Both the position numbers and the translations under genes were made by a program. DNA of 64,000 nt from Candidatus Microgenomates bacterium (GTDB lineage Bacteria; Patescibacteriota; Microgenomatia; UBA8517), in contig JBEKQV010000002.1 of the NCBI GenBank assembly GCA_049519355.1, forward strand, positions 131,479 to 195,478, in the 5' to 3' direction. Below are positions 1-10,310 of the stretch, piece by piece. A model generated the notes under the pieces. The model had not been told where the DNA came from and did not search any database. It worked only from the letters and a program-made list of their open reading frames with translations. Numbering within the stretch: position 1 is the first letter of the stretch; every line of letters begins with the position of its first letter.

Positions 1-1530
1 ACCCCAATATCTATTTTTCTTACTAATGAGCCAGTCATGCATATTCGTCAGCCAGTCCATTTCTCTGTCGAGCCCGAAAACAGGAAGCCAATTGACTTTT
101 TGGGCAACTGTTTTCATTCTTTCCCGAAGCGTTCTTGTATCTGGCGGGGTCTTTACCTGTTCTTCTTCTTCGCTCCATTTTTCGATCACAACCTCTTGTG
201 TTTTTTTCTTTACCTTAGATGGTGTATCCATGGCGATATACCACTCATCCGTAACTTTCCAGACAAGTTCGGTTTTACATCTCCAGCAGGCAGGGTAGCG
301 GTGTGTATAATTTTCGGTCTTATAGATAAAATGTTTGCCTTCATTATCCAACTTTTTCAAATAGTCCAAGATTATGCCGGGACTTTTCTTGGCATTAAGA
401 CCAGTCAAAAATCCTAAGTCTTTCATATATGATGCGTCATCTTCAATAATTGGGATCATCGGAAGACCAAGTTTTTTACCAAGATTAAAGTCCTCGGTAC
501 CCGCAGACACGGCGGTATGAACTATTCCTGTACCTTCTTCAGTATTAACAGGCAAAATCAGATCATCCGTGGCAACTACTGTGTGGAATTTGTCGTTCTT
601 ACCTAATGCAACTTCTCTAACCTTCGGCAGGTCATCAAAAGCCCCCTTGTACCTTAACCCTACAAGCTTCGCCCCCTTCGTATTTTTAATTTCTTTTACT
701 TTCACTCCTGCAAAAACTCTGTCTTTAGCCGCTTTTGCAACCCAGTAAAACTTTCCGGCATTTTCAATTAGTGAATAATCTAAATCGGCATCAACAGCGA
801 GCGCGATGTTGGCCGGAATGGTCCAGGGTGTCGTTGTCCAGACAAGTAGATATTCATCTTTCTGTCCCGTAACCGGAAAGGCCAAATACACAGATTCATG
901 AGTAATCTCCTTGTAATCCTCCGTCAGCATCTCGTGTTGAGATATTGCTGTTTCACACCTTGGGCACCACGGAACGGCATCGTTTCCTTTATAAATCCAG
1001 CCGGAATCATAACAAACTTTCAAAAAATGCCAAATCATATAATTGTTATCGTCGCTAAGGGTGTAATAGGAGTTATCCCAATCCATAAAGTAACCCAGGC
1101 GTTTACTCTGTTCAGTCTGAATACCCGAGTATTTTTTAACCCTATCGCGGCAAAGCTGAACAAACTTGGCAACCCCAAATTCTTCTATGTCTTTTTTATT
1201 TTTAAACCCAAGCTCTTTTTCGACCTCAACCTCGACCCAAAGTCCCTGGCAATCAAAGCCGTTCTGAAACCTCTGTCTGAAGCCCTGCATGTTTTTATAT
1301 CTCTGCCAAATATCCTTGTAAGTCCGTCCCCAGGCGTGGTGAACACCCATTGGGTTATTCGCTGTAATCGGCCCGTCGAGGAAAGAGAAGAACTTTCCGG
1401 CTTTCTTATTCTTATTTAAATACTTTTTGACAACACCCTTTTTATACCAATCAGCTAAAAGCTTTTTTTCAAGCTCCGGAAACTGAACTTTAAGATCAAC
1501 TGGTTCAAAATAGCCCTTACTTGCAGCCAT
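1..1530 (-). CDS. ileS: Isoleucyl-tRNA synthetase, type 2 (N-terminal 510 codons; runs off the window start)
   Basis: Not in the ORF track. Manual translation from ATG 1530 gives MAASKGYFEPVDLKVQFPELEK...FSFLDGPITANNPMGVHHAWGRTYKD...GFDCQGLWVE...LVWTTTPWTIPAN...DWLTNMHDWLISKKNRYWG. Confidence 0.95.
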   Translation of the reverse strand, partial: MAASKGYFEPVDLKVQFPELEKKLLADWYKKGVVKKYLNKNKKAGKFFSFLDGPITANNPMGVHHAWGRTYKDIWQRYKNMQGFRQRFQNGFDCQGLWVEVEVEKELGFKNKKDIEEFGVAKFVQLCRDRVKKYSGIQTEQSKRLGYFMDWDNSYYTLSDDNNYMIWHFLKVCYDSGWIYKGNDAVPWCPRCETAISQHEMLTEDYKEITHESVYLAFPVTGQKDEYLLVWTTTPWTIPANIALAVDADLDYSLIENAGKFYWVAKAAKDRVFAGVKVKEIKNTKGAKLVGLRYKGAFDDLPKVREVALGKNDKFHTVVATDDLILPVNTEEGTGIVHTAVSAGTEDFNLGKKLGLPMIPIIEDDASYMKDLGFLTGLNAKKSPGIILDYLKKLDNEGKHFIYKTENYTHRYPACWRCKTELVWKVTDEWYIAMDTPSKVKKKTQEVVIEKWSEEEEQVKTPPDTRTLRERMKTVAQKVNWLPVFGLDREMDWLTNMHDWLISKKNRYWG

Positions 1531-1578
1531 ATGCAGCCATTTTACACTATGAAGGCACAAATTTAAAAGCCGGGTTCT

Positions 1579-2745
1579 TTATTGATGAATTTTCCTGAGG
1601 AATGCGGGTATTTCGAATTTTTCACCAAAAACGTCTTCATCACCGGAGGTGCCACCATTACCTTTCGGTGGTTCAGTATCACTTTCATCTTCAGTATCCT
1701 GATCCTTGGAAATAGCCGACTCACTTACAACTCCTTGAACGACAGGCTTTTGAACTTGAGTTTGGCTCATTTGAGCTAAACGGGAACGTGTTTCATCAAA
1801 ACCCGTAGCAATAACGGTAATTTTTACCTGATCCGTCAAGTCCTGTTTAATTACAGCTCCAAAAATGACATTTGCATCAGGATCGGCAGCCGAGGAAATT
1901 ATCCTCGCGGCCTCGTCAACCTCAAACATTGTCAAATCATCACCACCGGCAATGTTGAAAAGAACTCCTCTAGCACCCTCAATCGAAAGGTCAAGAAGCG
2001 GGGAGGAAATGGCAGCCCTTGCAGCCATTTGCGCTCTATTTTCTCCAACTCCGGTTCCGATACCAAGCAGGGCTGAACCCGCGTCTTTCATTATTGTCTT
2101 TACGTCCGCAAAATCCACATTCACAAGCCCCGGAGTTGTGATAATATCGGCAATTCCTCCGACACCTTGGCCTAAAACCGAATCCACCACTTTAAAAGCC
2201 TCCAAAAGAGTCATCTTCCTGTCAATTACGTCCATTAAGCGTTGGTTCGGAATAACTATCAATGTATCCGTAGAGTCCTTAAGTTTTTCGATACCCTCTT
2301 CGGCAGCAACCATTCTCCTTGTACCTTCAAATGCAAATGGCTTCGTTACAACCCCAACAGTTAACGCCCCCGCCTCTTTTGCAAGTTGTGCAATTACAGG
2401 TGACGCTCCTGTTCCGGTTCCGCCACCCATTCCTGCAGTTACAAAGACCATATCTGAATCGATTAAAAGTTCTTTTATCTTCTCGACTGATTCCTCTGCC
2501 GCCTGTGTTCCAATACTTGGATTTCCTCCAACACCAAGTCCTTTTGTAAGTTTCTCACCTATCTGAAGTTTTGTCGGTGCTTTGTTATTAAGAAGTACTT
2601 GTGCGTCGGTGTTAACGGCAATGAATTCAACACCGCTTATCGTACCCCCATCAATCATGGATGTAATAGCATTTCCGCCACCTCCACCCACTCCAATAAC
2701 TTTAATTTTTGCAATTCTAGCGGAATCAGGTTTTACTAATGCCAT
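1579..2745 (-). CDS. ftsZ: Cell division protein FtsZ
   Basis: [18 protein letters not shown] tubulin signature, NVDFAD, C-terminal EIPAFLR peptide. Confidence 0.99.
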   Translation of the reverse strand: MALVKPDSARIAKIKVIGVGGGGGNAITSMIDGGTISGVEFIAVNTDAQVLLNNKAPTKLQIGEKLTKGLGVGGNPSIGTQAAEESVEKIKELLIDSDMVFVTAGMGGGTGTGASPVIAQLAKEAGALTVGVVTKPFAFEGTRRMVAAEEGIEKLKDSTDTLIVIPNQRLMDVIDRKMTLLEAFKVVDSVLGQGVGGIADIITTPGLVNVDFADVKTIMKDAGSALLGIGTGVGENRAQMAARAAISSPLLDLSIEGARGVLFNIAGGDDLTMFEVDEAARIISSAADPDANVIFGAVIKQDLTDQVKITVIATGFDETRSRLAQMSQTQVQKPVVQGVVSESAISKDQDTEDESDTEPPKGNGGTSGDEDVFGEKFEIPAFLRKIHQ

Positions 2746-2807
2746 ATAGGTTTTCTAAAAGGGATACACTACTTGTGGCAGCATTGTAACTTGGGCAGAA
2801 GAAAAAC

Positions 2808-4070
2808 TCAAGGTAAAAGGTTTTTTATGCTGTCAACCAATTTACCGAATATTCCAACTGAGGGTAGTTTTATCTTTTTTGCAAAACTTGTCAAGTTCTC
2901 TGTCGGCACAGCTTTCGCACCGTATAGTAAAAGTCCAACCCCGGTTGCGAAGGAAGGTGTAATGACATCATCGATAAGACCTCCGACCCTTCCGGGTACT
3001 CCGATCCTTACCGGGAGAGAAAGCATTCTTTTAGCAGAGTCCGTTACTCCGGCTGTTTCTGCGCCCCCTCCAGTTATCACTGCCCCGGACGGAATCCTGT
3101 TGGCAATTCCTTCTCTTTCGAGCTCGATTCTTACCATCGTAAAGATTTCATTTAGACGAGGCCTTATAATTCCTTCCAATAAAGTTTTCTTGGAAATTTT
3201 CTTAATTTCGGTTACTCCCAATCCCTCCAAATTTAGCTCATCCGAATCGTCTTTTTCTCTTTTCTTTTTATCAGAAAGGGCTATTTTTATTTTTTCTGCA
3301 TCCTCAAGTGAAATTCTTAATCCGATCGCTAAATCATTTGTCACATTTCTTGCCCCAACCGGTATTACTCCCGAATAAGCCAGTGACCCATCAACATAAG
3401 CGGTTATCGAAGTTGTACCACCACCCATATCTATCAAGACACACCCCAATTCTTTTTCGGTTGGGGAAAGAACTGCCTCGGAGGAAGCAATTCCTGAAAA
3501 AACAAGCTCTTCAATCTGAATTCCAACTTCATTAACTGCCTTTCTTACGTTTTTGATTGCTGCCGAAGCAGCCGAAACAATATGGGTATCAACCTCAAGC
3601 CTCACCCCACTCATTCCCACCGCGTCCCTGACACCCGATTCCCCATCAACAATAAATTCCCGGGGAAGAACATAAATTACTTCTCGGGAAGTCGGAAGTG
3701 AAATCGCTGAAGCCGCCTCAACCGCTCTATCTACGTCATTTTGAGTAATTTCACCATTCGAGTCTGAAACCGCAACTACACCATGAGAGTTTTGAGAATG
3801 GATATGTGCACCTCCTAAACTAACAAAAGCTGTTTCAAGATTATAACCCGCCATCCTCTCTGCCGCCTCCACAGATAAAATCGTTGCCTCGACCGCTTCG
3901 TCTATATCAACAATCTGTCCCTTTTTAATTCCGCGAGATTCCGACTGTGCAGCACCAACAACATTTACCGTCGTCTCGAAAGTCGCAGGATCAACAGCAA
4001 CTTGGCCTACTAATGTGGCAATTTTACTGGACCCTATGTCAATTGCAGCTACAATTTTTGCTTTACTCAT
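2808..4070 (-). CDS. ftsA: Cell division protein FtsA
   Basis: DIGSSKI, DMGGGTT, VITGGGA actin-like motifs; upstream of ftsZ. Confidence 0.98.
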   Translation of the reverse strand: MSKAKIVAAIDIGSSKIATLVGQVAVDPATFETTVNVVGAAQSESRGIKKGQIVDIDEAVEATILSVEAAERMAGYNLETAFVSLGGAHIHSQNSHGVVAVSDSNGEITQNDVDRAVEAASAISLPTSREVIYVLPREFIVDGESGVRDAVGMSGVRLEVDTHIVSAASAAIKNVRKAVNEVGIQIEELVFSGIASSEAVLSPTEKELGCVLIDMGGGTTSITAYVDGSLAYSGVIPVGARNVTNDLAIGLRISLEDAEKIKIALSDKKKREKDDSDELNLEGLGVTEIKKISKKTLLEGIIRPRLNEIFTMVRIELEREGIANRIPSGAVITGGGAETAGVTDSAKRMLSLPVRIGVPGRVGGLIDDVITPSFATGVGLLLYGAKAVPTENLTSFAKKIKLPSVGIFGKLVDSIKNLLP

Positions 4071-4076
4071 TTAGTA

Positions 4077-4748
4077 CTATCTTAATACTGGATTCTTATA
4101 CCTCATGTCAACCTCCTTATATAGATTTTTATTCCCGTCGGCTTGAATTGTTAAGTATATCAACCTCAACGAACCAAGAAGAAGATCACTATCTGCATCT
4201 TCTAAAGGAAATATTACTCTGATTTGGCCAGGGAGTTCAACAAGCAAACTATTACTTTGTATCTCACCTTCATTCACCTGATACATTTCACTAACTCCGC
4301 CCATAAGTTTGAGGGCAAAAAGTGTATCCGCATCAACTTTCTCACCAATTTTAGGGAGATCTCCGGTTATATCTACTGTCGGCAAAATTGTGCTGCTCCC
4401 AATTGATAGCACCTGTCCATCTTTATCCACTAATGCAAACTGGTTTGAAATTCCACTTTTGACAGCGAATACCGGTTTCTTTATTAGTAGATCAACATGT
4501 AAAAAATTCGGCAATTTAAATTGCAGCGAAAACTTGGAAACAATAAAGTCTGAGCGTAGAATCTTGTTTAAATCATTCTTGGCAAAAAAAAGACTTTTTC
4601 CGTTTACCCCTGAAAGCTTATCCATTAGCTCCGCAGGGCATTCACCGTATTGACTCCTGCAATCAACATGGATCTTGATAAATAGCGGTGAAATAATTAA
4701 AGCGCCAACAAATAACACAACACAAATTATTATTAATATTTTTTTCAC
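4077..4748 (-). CDS. ftsQ: FtsQ/DivIB-like protein
   Basis: N-terminal TM helix, POTRA-like segment (KLPNFLHV), LVDKDG, C-terminal VDMRYKNPV; lies between murG and ftsA. Confidence 0.75.
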   Translation of the reverse strand: MKKILIIICVVLFVGALIISPLFIKIHVDCRSQYGECPAELMDKLSGVNGKSLFFAKNDLNKILRSDFIVSKFSLQFKLPNFLHVDLLIKKPVFAVKSGISNQFALVDKDGQVLSIGSSTILPTVDITGDLPKIGEKVDADTLFALKLMGGVSEMYQVNEGEIQSNSLLVELPGQIRVIFPLEDADSDLLLGSLRLIYLTIQADGNKNLYKEVDMRYKNPVLR

Positions 4749-5857
4749 TTAAAATATTCGTCAATTAATCGCAAAAGGTTTTTGGAAGCATCAAGGTCGG
4801 GACTCTTCTTAAACCTAACTACACCAATAATACTGGAGTACTTCGAGATCATCCTTTCAATTTCCCTGAGCAACAGATTAGAACTAAGTTTACTTTGGGG
4901 AATAATCTCGGCAATTCCCCAATCTGTTGCAATACTTGCATTTCCGGTCTGCTCGTCCTTAAAACTTATAGGAAGGGGGATAAGAATCGCCGGTCTTTTT
5001 ACAGCCATTATCTCGGAGACCGTGTTGGCACCAGCCCTGGCAACAACCAAATCACATCTAGAATAAATTTTATAAACTTCGAGTGGGTTAACTCTAACAA
5101 AAACTTCATAGTTATTCCTGAGAGCTTGTGGAAGTTTTTGTTTAATTTCCGAAAATTTCAAATAATCAAGCCCGCCGGTCTGATGAATTACTCTATATTT
5201 TGAAAGAATCACACGCAATATTTTTTCAATTGCGTCATTAATACTTTGTGAACCACGAGAACCTCCAGTAACAAAAATCGTGGGAGGGTCCCCTGGTTTC
5301 GATTTCGGTTTAACCCTGATTATTTCTTTCATTACAGGATTCCCCGTAATAACAAGCTTCTTACCAGGAAAGTATTTTTCACTTTCCTTTCTCGAGATTG
5401 CTATTACAGAAGCAAATTTTGCTGATAATAAGTTCGCTCTGCCGGCTCTTGAGGTTTGCTCGTGAATTACAACAGGAATGCCTAAAAGATTGGCATTAAA
5501 AACAACAGGAAAAGAAGCAAAACCGCCGAAAGACAGAATCGCCTTAGGTTTAATCTTTAATAAATAGTAAAAGGATTGTATAAATCCAACCGGAATTTTC
5601 AGGAGCGAGGGGACGGTCCAAAGGGTAAAACGTCTTTGGAGTCTCCCTGTAATCAAAGGCAAAAACCTTACGCCGAGCCTGGGAAGAGCTTCAGATTCCA
5701 AAGTAACAACTTTCTTCCCTTCTATGGCATTTTTAACTCCAATCCAATAGAGCTTCCAGTCCTTACCTTCAGATTTGATTTGTTCAACAACAGCAATAGC
5801 AGTAGTCGCCGCATGCCCACCCGTTAAAATAAGTCTATTTTCCCTCGTGCGTAACAT
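4745..5857 (-). CDS. murG: MurG lipid I GlcNAc transferase (start uncertain)
   Basis: TGGH, FGGFASFP, HEQ, TGNP, GGSRGS, RAGANT, EQTGNA motifs. Confidence 0.95.
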   Translation of the reverse strand: MLRTRENRLILTGGHAATTAIAVVEQIKSEGKDWKLYWIGVKNAIEGKKVVTLESEALPRLGVRFLPLITGRLQRRFTLWTVPSLLKIPVGFIQSFYYLLKIKPKAILSFGGFASFPVVFNANLLGIPVVIHEQTSRAGRANLLSAKFASVIAISRKESEKYFPGKKLVITGNPVMKEIIRVKPKSKPGDPPTIFVTGGSRGSQSINDAIEKILRVILSKYRVIHQTGGLDYLKFSEIKQKLPQALRNNYEVFVRVNPLEVYKIYSRCDLVVARAGANTVSEIMAVKRPAILIPLPISFKDEQTGNASIATDWGIAEIIPQSKLSSNLLLREIERMISKYSSIIGVVRFKKSPDLDASKNLLRLIDEYFK

Positions 5858-6938
5858 ATTTGGATATATTAAGAAGTATACCGCATGCGGCGAGTATCAT
5901 CACCAAACTGCTTCCGCCATAAGAAATAAAAGGTAGTGGTATTCCCGTCAGAGGTACCAAAGAAACCATTGAGGCAATATTAAGAAATGCCTGTCCCCCA
6001 ACCCAAGCCGCAATTCCTGTTGCCAAAACCCTTGAAAAAATATCAGGTGCATTTTTGGCGATTTTCAGACTTCTTATAACAAAATATCCAAACAAAATCA
6101 CAATAACCGTCGCTCCGATCAAACCAAGTTCTTCAGCAATAACTGCAAATATAGAATCAGTTGATGCTTCAGGAAGAAAAAGATATTTTTGCCGCGACGC
6201 TCCGAGTCCAACTCCAAAAATTCCACCGGAGCCCAAAGCCAATAGAACTTGTGTAATATGATAAGACTTTCCCAGTGGGTCTTCAGTCATTTGCAAAAAA
6301 GTCATCAGCCTTTCCTTTCTATACGGAGAGAAAAGTACCAATAAAGTAGTTATCACGGCTCCCAAACCCAGGGCCCCACCTAGATAAAACAGATTTACGT
6401 CAGAAACAAAAATTTGGGAAAGACCAATTGCCAACACAACTAAGGTAGTTCCTAAATCCGGCTGCAGCATAATTAAAACAGAAACAACTACAAGAGGGGC
6501 AAGGTACGAAAGGATTCCCTTCCCGTGAGAGGCAACTTTCGCTAAATAAAGGCAAATTGCAAATTTAATAAGTTCGGATGGTTGAAAGTTAATGAGACCC
6601 AAGGAAATCCAACGGCGCGCGCCAAGAGCCGAAAAACTAAAATGCGGCAAAAGGACAACCAACAAAAAAATCAGAGAGATCAAAAAAAATGGTGTAGCAA
6701 CTTTTTCCCAAAATGTATATTTAATTTTAGAGGTGATAAAAAAAGCCGTTAAGCCGATCCCTGTCCATCCCAGTTGAAGTTTTAATAAATAAAATTTATC
6801 CCCATATGTATTCAGTGCTTGTGGAGCCGAAACATCGGCAACAGCGATGATTCCGATGACAACAAAGGCCAATACCAGGAACAGAAAATTTCTATCAACA
6901 GACTTAGTTTGTTTCGTCAACCTTGATATATTTTTCAC
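5835..6938 (-). CDS. ftsW: SEDS peptidoglycan polymerase FtsW
   Basis: GARRWI, FQPSELIK, QPDLGT, LPEASTD, PLTGIPLPFISYGGSS. Confidence 0.96.
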   Translation of the reverse strand: MKNISRLTKQTKSVDRNFLFLVLAFVVIGIIAVADVSAPQALNTYGDKFYLLKLQLGWTGIGLTAFFITSKIKYTFWEKVATPFFLISLIFLLVVLLPHFSFSALGARRWISLGLINFQPSELIKFAICLYLAKVASHGKGILSYLAPLVVVSVLIMLQPDLGTTLVVLAIGLSQIFVSDVNLFYLGGALGLGAVITTLLVLFSPYRKERLMTFLQMTEDPLGKSYHITQVLLALGSGGIFGVGLGASRQKYLFLPEASTDSIFAVIAEELGLIGATVIVILFGYFVIRSLKIAKNAPDIFSRVLATGIAAWVGGQAFLNIASMVSLVPLTGIPLPFISYGGSSLVMILAACGILLNISKYVTHEGK

Positions 6939-6945
6939 TTAAAAA

Positions 6946-8001
6946 TTAAATTGTGGCTAGCCAAAGACCAAAAATTGCAAGGAGGATGCCAATGATCCAG
7001 GCTCTCATTACGATTTTAGGCTCCTGCCAGCCTTTCGCTAAAAAAGTATGATGAAGCGGCGCAAGAGGAAGAATCGGCTTTTTCAAAAATTTCCAGCCCA
7101 ATATTTGAATCAATGATGATGCGATTTCTACAACAAAGATTCCGCCGATAATCACCAGTGCAATAATTTTCCCGGTAATAAGTCCTATTACTGCAAGCAT
7201 TGCACCGAACGATAATGCTCCGGCGTCTCCCAAAAAAACTCTCGCAGGCCAAATATTAAAGTAAAGAAACGCAATAAGTCCCCCTGTCCAAAGTGATATA
7301 AAAAGTGAAAGCGGCGTATCCAAGTTTCCAGCCGCAATTATTTCAAAAGTAAGAAGACATATTATAAGAAGCCCAACGGAAAGTCCGTCAAGTCCGTCTG
7401 TAATATTAAAAGCATTGGTAAAAGCAACTATCATAAAAGCCGCAAAAGGAACGTACCAGATTCCCAAATCATAAACAACATGAACAAGAGGAATATTTAC
7501 AATATGAATACCGAGAAATTTATAAATTACAAAACTTATAAAAAGAGCAAGAATCCACTGAATAGCAAATTTTTGCCAACGTCTGATTCCAAACCAAAGG
7601 CCGAAAATCCCTTTGCTGGGTTTACCGAAAATTTTCAGAAGATCATCTGAAAGTCCCAAAAGACCAAAGGATATGAAAGTAAAGAAGACCACAAACAACT
7701 CCCGCCTTAAAGAGAAAGAACTCCTTATAAAAAGACCAAGTCTTGCCGATAACGGAAAAAGTATTGCGAAAAGAATAGACGTCAAGATGATAATCAGAAT
7801 TCCACCCCCGACAGGTGTGCCTGTCTTAATATCGTGAAGTTTATCAAAAAGCGGAATTTTACCGGTCTTTGGAGCCTCACGCTTCCTCACCAAATGAAAT
7901 TTGTAAAGAAGATCGATAAAAGGAACAATTAAGACAGAGGAAATCAAAAAGGAGAAAATAATCGAACCCAAAACAAGCGGCATAAAGTTCGGGGCATTCA
8001 T
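6946..8001 (-). CDS. mraY: Phospho-MurNAc-pentapeptide transferase
   Basis: KTGTPVGGG, GLSDD, NAFNITDGLDGL, FLGDAG, APLHH. Confidence 0.96.
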   Translation of the reverse strand: MNAPNFMPLVLGSIIFSFLISSVLIVPFIDLLYKFHLVRKREAPKTGKIPLFDKLHDIKTGTPVGGGILIIILTSILFAILFPLSARLGLFIRSSFSLRRELFVVFFTFISFGLLGLSDDLLKIFGKPSKGIFGLWFGIRRWQKFAIQWILALFISFVIYKFLGIHIVNIPLVHVVYDLGIWYVPFAAFMIVAFTNAFNITDGLDGLSVGLLIICLLTFEIIAAGNLDTPLSLFISLWTGGLIAFLYFNIWPARVFLGDAGALSFGAMLAVIGLITGKIIALVIIGGIFVVEIASSLIQILGWKFLKKPILPLAPLHHTFLAKGWQEPKIVMRAWIIGILLAIFGLWLATI

Positions 8002-8055
8002 AATTAAAATTATTATAGCAGGATTAATGCTAGGCTGTGAAAAGAAACGAAAGAA

Positions 8056-9165
8056 CTAGGTTAAAGCATCAATAAGTTTATCTAAACCAATTGACCGGGA
8101 ACCCTTAATCAAAATATCTGTGTCCTTTTGAAGCAAATCTTTAAATAATAAGGTTGCCTCATCAACGTTAGCAAACAAGTAGGTTTTGGTTTTTTTGGAT
8201 TTCCTCACAATTTCGTCAATTAAAAACTTTGATGATTTTCCGACCCCAATGACTAGGGCAAAATTTGATTCTGCCACTTCCCGTCCAAGTTCTCTGTGTG
8301 CGCTTTCGTCGTAATCTCCCAATTCAAGCATGTCACCCAAAACGGCAATCTTTCTACCTTTGGCAATTCTATTAAAATATTCAAGTGTGGAAAGAGCCGC
8401 CCAAGGATTACTATTATAGCTATCATCTAAAATTAAGGCTCCTGACTTGTGTTTTATAAGTTCAAGCCTGTGTGGCGGTCTTTTGTAATTGGAAATACCC
8501 TTATTTATTTTTTCTTCAGTAACACCAAAGATCTCGGCGGCTGCTGATGCAGTATTCGCATCCTGTTTAATAAGATCTATATCGGAATCAAACCAAACAA
8601 TTTTTGAAACAAGCTTTTTCGATAAACCTTTTAACTTTTTATCATCTGAGTTCAAAACTGCCGTACCTTTTTCAGAAAGAGATAAAACCAATTTACTTTT
8701 CTCCTTAAAAACTCCGTCTATACTTCCTAAAAACTCTGTGTGTGTAGGAAAGATATTCGTAATAATTCCAACATCGGGTTTTGCAAGCCAAAGATAGAAA
8801 TCCATTTCTCCCGGATACTCGACACCCATTTCCAATACCAAGTATTTTGTTCCAGGCAAGGCTTTTAAAATGGCATTTGGAATACTGTAGACCGAATCAA
8901 TATTCTTCGAAGTATAAACAGTTCTTCCATCGAGTCGAAGAATCGAAACAAGCATTTCCTTAGTTGTGGTTTTACCCGCGCTCCCCGTTATACCGATAAC
9001 TTTTATGTCCGTGTATTTTTGCAGTAACTCCAAGTACAATTTTGCAATACGCCTCTTTATCGGATGCAAAATCCACTGAGAAATAGGATTGTGTCTGACA
9101 AAAATGTCATGCTCCGGGAGCATAGGCGTTACCCACCACTTCACAATTGGACTAATTTTCTTCAT
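8056..9165 (-). CDS. murF: MurF D-Ala-D-Ala-adding enzyme, lacking the canonical N-terminal domain
   Basis: GITGSAGKTTTKE, VLEMG, DDSYNSNP, LGDMLELG, IKGSR; only 369 aa. Confidence 0.9.
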   Translation of the reverse strand: MKKISPIVKWWVTPMLPEHDIFVRHNPISQWILHPIKRRIAKLYLELLQKYTDIKVIGITGSAGKTTTKEMLVSILRLDGRTVYTSKNIDSVYSIPNAILKALPGTKYLVLEMGVEYPGEMDFYLWLAKPDVGIITNIFPTHTEFLGSIDGVFKEKSKLVLSLSEKGTAVLNSDDKKLKGLSKKLVSKIVWFDSDIDLIKQDANTASAAAEIFGVTEEKINKGISNYKRPPHRLELIKHKSGALILDDSYNSNPWAALSTLEYFNRIAKGRKIAVLGDMLELGDYDESAHRELGREVAESNFALVIGVGKSSKFLIDEIVRKSKKTKTYLFANVDEATLLFKDLLQKDTDILIKGSRSIGLDKLIDALT

Positions 9166-10310
9166 ACGATAATTCTAGGCAAAAGCGGGTTAATTCTTGA
9201 AACAACCTCGTAATTAATTGTACCAATTTTCTTTGCTATTTCGTCAGCTGATACCTTTAAGCCGTCCTTATTACCAAGAAGTGCCACTTCGTCTTCCAGT
9301 TTGACATTTTTAATATCTGTAATATCGGCAACTATCATGTTCATTGCAACCCTACCGATCACGTTAGCATAATGTCCATTTATTATCACTCTTCCTATAT
9401 TTGAAAGTTTTCTGTCATAACCGTCAGAATAGCCAACAGGAATAATCGCGATCTTTGTTCTTCTTGTCGCAAACCATGTCTGTCCGTAACCAACCGATTC
9501 GCCAATATCGATGTGCTTGATTTGAGCAATCAAACTTTTCCAAGTCAAAACCGGCTTTAAAACTAGATTTCTTTTCAAAGCGAGTAGTGAAACTCTCGTT
9601 TCAAGCGACATCCACCAACCATACATTCCAAAACCCACTCTCACCATTGAGAAATGTGTTTCAGAGTAAAGTAATGTTCCCGCAGATGCTGCAGTATGAA
9701 TAAGGGGCGGGTTAAAACCACCTTCCCGAACAATTTTTAATGACTTATTAAACTCGGCAAGTTGTTTTACTGCAAAACTGGGGTCAAGCGTATCTTCAAT
9801 ATTTGCATAGTGTGTATATATGCCTTCCAACATAAAGTTATTTTTATGTTCTTTAAGAAATTTAAGAAACACGGGAAGATACTTTCTCTGGACACCTTGC
9901 CGGTTCAAACCGGTTTCAATCTTCAGGTGAATCTTTGCAGGTTTTTTCAACTTTAGCGAAACAATTTTCTTTAGCGATTCGATATTGTAAACAACAAAAG
10001 AAATATCATTTTCGATAGGATCGGAAAGATTTGCTAAAGTCGTGTAACCAAGAATTAAAACCGGAATTTGCTTATCAATCTGCCGAATTAACATGCCCTC
10101 ATCAATATTGTCAACCGCAAGAACATCCACTTTATTCTTTAATAAGGGAACAACCTCCTTTAATCCATGGCCATAAGCATTGGCTTTAACAACTGCCGCG
10201 ATTTTGACATTTTTACCGACACTCTTTCGAAATACTCCAACATTATGAAAGAGGGCTCTTTTAGATATTTCGACCCAAGATTTATTTCTACCTTTGAGGT
10301 CATTTTCCAT
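9162..10310 (-). CDS. alr: Alanine racemase (start moved to ATG 10310, overlapping the murD stop)
   Basis: AVVKANAYGHG PLP-lysine motif, HLKIETGLNRQG, VGYG, GYSDG, TINYE. Confidence 0.96.
   Translation of the reverse strand: MENDLKGRNKSWVEISKRALFHNVGVFRKSVGKNVKIAAVVKANAYGHGLKEVVPLLKNKVDVLAVDNIDEGMLIRQIDKQIPVLILGYTTLANLSDPIENDISFVVYNIESLKKIVSLKLKKPAKIHLKIETGLNRQGVQRKYLPVFLKFLKEHKNNFMLEGIYTHYANIEDTLDPSFAVKQLAEFNKSLKIVREGGFNPPLIHTAASAGTLLYSETHFSMVRVGFGMYGWWMSLETRVSLLALKRNLVLKPVLTWKSLIAQIKHIDIGESVGYGQTWFATRRTKIAIIPVGYSDGYDRKLSNIGRVIINGHYANVIGRVAMNMIVADITDIKNVKLEDEVALLGNKDGLKVSADEIAKKIGTINYEVVSRINPLLPRIIV

Noticed and set aside
26-1419. Plus-strand ORFs 26-298, 37-417 and 898-1419
   Set aside because: Antisense shadows of ileS, which has clear motifs on the minus strand
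1531-1578. T-box or terminator between ftsZ and ileS (likewise upstream of glyS)
   Set aside because: Only 48 nt (19 nt for glyS), with no T-box motif or hairpin
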